A stretch of 64,000 nucleotides of DNA, taken from contig NW_024704742.1 of assembly GCF_018977255.1 (NCBI RefSeq), positions 129,520,001 to 129,584,000 of the forward strand. The letters are read 5' to 3'. Under the pieces are notes generated by a model that was not told the origin of the DNA, searched no databases, and was given only the letters and a program-made list of their open reading frames with translations. This document shows positions 52,930 through 64,000 of this stretch, one piece after another. The DNA comes from Callorhinchus milii. Lineage: Eukaryota. Positions within the stretch are counted from its first letter, which is position 1. Each line of letters begins with the position of its first letter. A program made the translations under genes and the position numbers.

Positions 52930-53705
52930 CACGGCTCTCACCTCCTCCGCCTACCCGACCTCCCCCTAAAACTCTCCAAACCCGTACCAACCTAGGATTT
53001 AGGTTCGACCCCCGATTATCCTTCCTCCCCCACATCCGGTCCCTCACCAGCACCGCCTTTTTCCACCTCCGTCGCATCGCCCGACTCCGCCAATACCTCT
53101 CCCCAAAAGCCGCTGAAACCCTGGTCCATGCCTTTGTTACCTCTTGGCTGGACTACTCCAATGCCCTCCTCACCGGTCTCCTATCCACTACCATCCATAA
53201 AATCCAACTCATTCAGAACTCTGCCGCCCGCATTTTCACCCGCACGAAACTCCGCTTCCCGATCACCCCAGTCCTTGCCAGACTGCACTGGCTGCCTCTC
53301 CCAGAGAGGATCGACTTCAAGATCCTCACCCTCGTATTCAAGTCCCTGCACTCCTCTGCACCCCCCTACCTCTCTGAATTCCTCTCTCCTCAAAACAGCA
53401 CCAGTTACCTTCATTCCTCCTGGTCTGGCCTCCTCCTTGTCCCCTGAGTCCTCCGCTCCACCCTCGGTGGCTGTGCCTTCCACCACTATGCCCCAAGGCT
53501 CTGGAACTGCCTTCCTCACTCCCTTCATCTCGCTCCCACCCTTCCCATTTTCAGGTCTCTGCTGAACACCTTTCCTTTCGACCGCACCTTTGGTCATCTT
53601 CCTCCCCCTTCCCCTGGCTCGGTCCCAGGATCCATTACTGTGAAGCGCTCTGAAACGCCGTCCAGCGTGGAGGGCGCTATATAAATCCAAATTGTTGTTG
53701 TTATT
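52930..53705 (+). mobile_element. L2 LINE 3' portion (young)
   Basis: ORF 52908-53447 [32 protein letters not shown]. Confidence 0.93.
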
Positions 53706-54246
53706 GAACAAGATGAGTAGGTTCCCGACTGGCTTGGTAAGGTGGAGTATGCATCTGTGGATGTTGATATAGCCAGTGCCTGAGGTGTGGTATAGCTTAA
53801 GGTATGGGACCCTCGGTAGCAATACAGATGCATCCTTGATTTTTCTTGGATAACCAAGGGTTAAATTTGGTCAAGTCTATTTGGCTTCAGAAAGCAGAAT
53901 TACAGATAAGTCAGCCATCTGCCATAAAACAGCCCTAAGGCTCTGTTTACGCAATCTAACAAATTGGTTCAAGATTAAATCTGAATGTAAAGTTACTCTC
54001 AAAGGCAGTTCAGATCCACTTTCTCATCATTAAGTTGTTGAGCTTAGGCCCCCAGAGGTCATACTCAGGCTCCATCGTGCTCTGGTCAGGCTGCACCAAG
54101 AGAATGCATAAGTTCTGGTCACCGCAGCATGCCGGCACTGCCAAAGCGCAATGAAGAAGAGAGCAGCGAGTATGATCCCCAGTGTTAGAGGAAGGAGCTA
54201 TGACCAACAATTTTGTCTTGAAAGAAGACAACTCAGAGGGCACCAT

Positions 54247-54900
54247 ATCATAGAATCATAGCATTATACAGCACAGAAGGAGGCCATTCGACCCATCATA
54301 TCTGTGTCGGCTCTTTGAAAAGAGCTTCCAAATCAATCTCACTCCCCATAGCCCTACAAACTTGTCCTCCCCAAATAATTATCTACTTCTCTTAAAAGTT
54401 GCTATCAAATCGGCTTCCACCACCCTTTCAGGCAATGCCTGAAAAAATTTGTGTGAAAAAATTTCTCCTCTTGTTTCTTTTAACAGCTATTTTAAAATTG
54501 GTGTCCTCAGGTTACCGACCCACCCGCCAGTAGAAATAGTTTCTTCCTTTTCACCCTATCGAATCCCTTCATGGTTTTGAAAATTTCTATTAAGTCTCCT
54601 CTTAACCTTCTCTGCTCCAAGGAGAATAATCCCAGCTTCTCTAGCCTCTCCTGATAATTGAAGCCCGTCATTCCTGGTACCATCCTGGTAAATCTCCTTT
54701 GCGCCCTCTCTAATGCCTTGACATCTTTCCTAAAGTGTGGTGCCCAGAACTGAACACAGTCTCTCGCTGAGGCCTAACCAATGTTTTATAAAAGTTCATC
54801 ATAACTTCCTGACTTTTGTATTCTATGCCCCTATTTATAAAGCCTAGTATCCCATATGCTTTTTAACAGCTTTATCTACCTGTACTGCCACCTTCAAAGA
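54247..54900 (-). mobile_element. CR1 LINE 3' portion
   Basis: Closely similar to the reverse complement of 37285-37965. Confidence 0.92.
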
Positions 54901-54950
54901 GGTGTTCAAAATTTTAAATGGGATTGAAAAAAATCCAGATCAATACTTGT

Positions 54951-55238
54951 GGAGTCCTGTAGCTTAGTGGTTAGAGAAGTCGCCTTGCAAGCGAAAAGTC
55001 CTGGGTTTGATTCCGAATCCGGTTGTTAGTCGATTGGCAGATCATTTTTCTGGTGGTAGAAATCTATTCAAAAAAAATCACTTAATCCTGTTTGTGGGAC
55101 ACTGCTGTTTCTGATTGGCTGCTGCATTTCGCCCACAAAATATAGTTAATTCATTTTATAGTATATCCTGTGAAGCGCTTTGAGACGTCTCGAAGACGTG
55201 ATAAGGCACTATATCAAATACAAGGATTATTATTATTA
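54951..55238 (+). mobile_element. SINE, older subfamily, internally deleted
   Basis: GGAGTCCTGTAGCTTAGTGGTTAGAG head and tail. Confidence 0.85.
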
Positions 55239-56365
55239 CTTTAGGATGTATCAAGACAGCAGGAAAAGAGGACATAGGCTTAGAGTTGCAAAGTGCAATA
55301 TTAGGACAGATACCAGGATGTTTCTCTTTATCCAGTGGGTAATTAACAACAGGACAGGCTGCCAGGACTTATCTGAAAAGCGGTTTGATGTTGTTATGGG
55401 AGGATGGTAGGGTGCGTATTCTGGAGAGCTGAGATCCAAAGGGTCGAAGGGCAGAGGCTAGTATGGATGAGGACAAGGACGGCGGAATTTTTTAATCATT
55501 GAGTTGACATTGAGATGAACTTTAATCATTGGTTAAAGCCAGGAACCTAAACTCTTTTGTGAACCAGCTTGATACTGTGATGGGAAGATGGGTATTGTAG
55601 AAGGATGAGATCAAATGGACTGAAGAGCCTTCTTCATGACTCTTTTGTCATCTCCACTTTTTGATTCAGGTCTGCCACAGACATTCCCCCAACTCTACAC
55701 TACCCTTCCTTGTAACTTCAGCAATCAAATCCAAGTGTCCAAGGGTGGCCTGAATCCACATCCTGATCTCACTCTTCCTACTCATCCAATCTTCTCTGGA
55801 CATACATTCCAGACATATCTTTTGCTCTAATGATGGTTTACTGCACGCAAGGGTGCAACACAAGTAACAGAGTGCATTTTGTTTGATATCATTGACTCTG
55901 ATTATTTTTATTACCATTTTTAAAATAGTGGTGCAGAATCTCTCTGTGATTCTAAGTGATGGGGAGTGTCTGACTGCAGAAACAAGACAACCTAGAGTAT
56001 AAGTGCATGGGATCAGGTTGATAGAGCCTCTTGTCTGTTCTCCAAGTAGACATTCAACATCTCATGGGTGTTTAAGATTCTATAACTAGGTTTATTTAGT
56101 CACTCAACCCATAGTTCTATGTGAGATATTACGGGCGCCCATAAAACAGTCTGTACAAGTTAGTAATTCATATAAAGTACTTTGAGATCATTCTATGTGG
56201 CAAGGCGCCATAAAAATTCAAGTTCTTTCCTTAATAGGGAATGAGATACTATTCCAGTTTGTTACTGAATTCTATAGTGTTTTGCAGGGAACCCAATAAT
56301 TAGCCAAAGTTATGATGGGAAGCAAAATAGTTAATCGCTTCTTTTAACTTCTTCGGAACTGATGT

Positions 56366-56371
56366 TTTATT
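56366..56371 (-). terminator. Probable HINT2 polyadenylation signal AATAAA
   Basis: First AATAAA on the minus strand, about 67 nt after the stop codon. Confidence 0.6.
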
Positions 56372-56437
56372 TAACCATGAGGGCAAATTCAGGACTTGGT
56401 GACAGATCCCATTGGCACACAATAACTTTGGCTCTGC

Positions 56438-61206
<4,769 letters not shown>

Positions 61207-61342
61207 TGCTGAGAGGAGGAGCGGGAGAGCAGCCGCCCGTCACTATTTCTGCAGGAAACCGGGACCTTTTCCTCTCCCTCCTCCTGCCGTCTCCTGGCCA
61301 ATAGCAACACACAGGGCAGGCGGTGTGCTGACTCCGGGCTGT

Positions 61343-61698
61343 CTGATTGGCTGGCTGGGTGATTGGCTGGTTGGTGATTGGCTGGTTGCTGGCTGGTTGG
61401 TGATTGGCTGGTTGCTGGCTGGTGATTGGCTGGTTGCTGGCTGGGTGATTGGCTGGTTGCTGGCTGGTTAGTGATTGGCTGGTTGGTGATTGGCTGGCTG
61501 GGTGATTGGTTGGTTGCTGGCTGGTTGGTGATTGGCTGGTTGCTGGCTGGTTGGTGATTGGCTGGTTGCTGGCTGGCTGGTGATTGGTTGGTTGGTGATT
61601 GGCTGGCTGGTGATTGGCTGGTTGGTGATTGGCTGGCTGGTGATTGGCTGGTTGGTGATTGCTGGTTGGTGATTGGCTGGTTGGTGATTGCTGGTTGG
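61343..61698 (-). repeat. CCAAT-box minisatellite (plus strand GGTGATTGGCTGGTT variants)
   Basis: About 17 TGATTGG (= CCAATCA) units counted by eye. Confidence 0.9.
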
Positions 61699-61744
61699 AT
61701 CTCATGACGCTCCTCACTACCGCAGGACAGTAAAATAAATGAAG

Positions 61745-61985
61745 ACAAACAAAAACCAGAAGTGGCTGGAAACACTCAGCAGGTCAGGCAGCATCTATAG
61801 AGAGGAAAGTGAGTCAACGTTTGGAGTCCATGACCCTTCGTCAGAACCGGGGCGTGTTGGGAGGGAGAGGCTGTTCAGGGCTGACAGAGAGGGGGGAGGC
61901 AGGGCAAGGAATACAAAGGAGAAAATGGGGTAGAGGACAGGGGATGATGGGTTAAGGTGTTAATGATGCAAAACAAAGGGGTGGG
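61745..61985 (-). mobile_element. Penelope-like element terminal fragment upstream of HINT2
   Basis: 61760-61847 matches 26305-26389. Confidence 0.65.
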
Positions 61986-64000
61986 GGGAGGATTGCAGCA
62001 ACAACTTGCACTTTTATAGCGCCCTCTACTCAGGGTAGCGTCTCAAAACCCTTATGAATGGCGGAGCCTGACTCCAAGCCGAGGGGAGAGATGGCCATAA
62101 GCACGGTCGAACAGGAAAGTTTTCAGGCGGGCCTTGAAAAAGGGGAGAAAGGGGCCAAGGCGGGCGGAGAGATTGAGGGAGAGTGTTCCAGAGTTTCAGG
62201 GCGCCGTGGCTGAAAGCACCACCTCTGACATTATTGTACTAATAATCCTTGCATTTGACATAGTGCCTTATCACATCGTTGAGTCATCTCAAAGCGCTTC
62301 ACAGAATATACTGTAAAGTGGATTGATTATATATTTTGTGGGCGAAACACGGCAGTCAATTGTGGTCAGCAGTACCCCAAAAACAGTCATGGATTGAGTG
62401 ACTGAATTATTATTATTTGGGATGGATTATTCCCCCTGGAAAGCGATCTGCCAATCGACTAAAATAACCTATCCAACGCCTTGGGACGTCCTCCCGACGT
62501 AAAAGGCGCTATACAAGTGTAATCTTCTTGTTGTTGTTGAAGGTCAACACTGATTTATTCAGTTTAATAAATCAAGACCTGTTTTGCATTTTGAGACTAA
62601 TGTTGTGGCTCCTCTTAAAATAAGTACAAGCTTATTATGCACCTCAATGGCTCCTATAATTTAGGTGATAATTATAATTCCTGCATTGATAATATCCTTA
62701 TCATGGTATCAAAACATCTCCAAGCCTTTACATAGTTTACTATAAAGTGAGTTTTGTAAGCGAACGCATCAGCAATCTTCCGAATCTGAGACAAGCATAC
62801 CAGCCAGGCTGACACCTTGCTCATCATAAACCCCACTCCCAAGATCACCTCTGCCTGCTCTGAATACGATCCTATGAAGAGGAGAAACTCGTACCCAGAT
62901 TTAGAACTTCTATTGCTGATTGGAATGAGCACTCTAAAGAAGTTTCAGCTGTTCACATGTGTGAATAGTGTGCAGTGGTGTAAACCAGCAGCCCATTTCA
63001 CAATGACTGTGCTTACGTAGCTACATTCAGGACATAAGACCACTCTGGTCAGTCTGATCTGTGTATTTGGTAAATCACAGTATTTCCCATCAGTAACTAC
63101 CTTAAGATGTCCATGCACTAAGCAACACATTCAGTGAAATGGCTAACTCTGCCTTGCAATGGGGGAAAAGCTGAATTGAATTTGTGCTCCACTCAGGTTC
63201 CTTGACGGTCTGTGTTGTGCTTCCAATGAAGGAGGTCCTTTTTTTTGTGGTCAGCCAGGAATCTTGACATGTGCAAAAATTCATCATCGTGCTTAAGCAT
63301 TGTAAACCAGTCAAAAGTTGGATATACATATGCCACTTGCACATGGAAATTTCTGTTTCTGCAAAGGAGTGCACACACACTCTGGAGCAGTTGTCTCCAA
63401 CCAGTTCATCGACAATGCAGGGCACCTTCACGAATGATCAAAACTGCAAGAGGAAGGAGTGACAGAACTGCGTTGTCATTGAGTCCAATTGAAGCTAGAT
63501 GCACAAAGTATGTCATGCATCTCAAAATAAAAATATAAACTAATGTTTAAACTGCAATAAATATTGCTCCTTCCCTCTTGTTTTTATTGAGGATGTGTGA
63601 GATGCCACCTAACGCGATTGACCAGTTGAAGACAAGAACAACAAATTACATTTGTTATAGCGCCTTTCATTGCTGCTCTAGAGGGACACAGCCATAGGCC
63701 AGGATGCCAGGAGCCAATACCTGGGTACCCCAAACTATATAAACTAGTGGTACTGCTGGAGTTTAACCAGCTAAACTTGCACAGCTGAACAATATGATAT
63801 TCATACACAATTGACATGGCAAAGTACTGGATCGTGGGAATTCTGATGTGTCTTATTCAAAACTTCAACCCAGCTTTCTCTTGTTGGACACTGTCTTGAT
63901 CGGCTGATGTCTTTTCCCAGAAAAATATAGAAAACAGTTTGTAGCAATCAGTTGTCTGATACATAATGAAGGGGAGGGGGCGAAGAAAGGCACCTCCAAA

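Noticed and set aside
37285..54900. Inverted near-identical CR1 pair as TIRs of a large element
   Set aside because: Both are ordinary CR1 3' ends of one family with different truncation points.
61343..61698. CRISPR-like or telomeric array
   Set aside because: There are no unique spacers, the context is eukaryotic, and the unit is not TTAGGG.

Overview
Eukaryotic (vertebrate) genomic DNA, about half transposon-derived. The repeats (CR1 and L2 LINEs, a young tRNA-Ala-headed SINE with an L2 tail, Deu-domain SINEs, Penelope-like ends) point to a cartilaginous fish, probably a chimaera; this is inference from recalled repeat consensuses. I reconstructed two spliced minus-strand genes by hand, all with GT-AG boundaries and consistent phases. 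(1) A complete 5-exon HINT2 (61206->56438, 178 aa) with a CpG-island promoter. (2) The 5' nine coding exons (14868->632, about 508 codons) of a bubblegum-family long-chain acyl-CoA synthetase (ACSBG2-like, possibly the ACSBG3 ohnolog) that runs off the left edge. Most ORF-track entries are LINE fragments or low-complexity artefacts. The most notable non-coding structures are: Penelope-like ends with minimal hammerhead-ribozyme motifs and an inverted copy of their own target site; a 78-bp ungapped palindrome; a 78-bp inverted pair in HINT2 intron 4; and a HINT2 promoter built from tandem CCAAT and GC-box arrays with two inverted PBX-PREP motifs. I see no convincing wholly new protein system. 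Repeat boundaries are approximate and family names are unverified.
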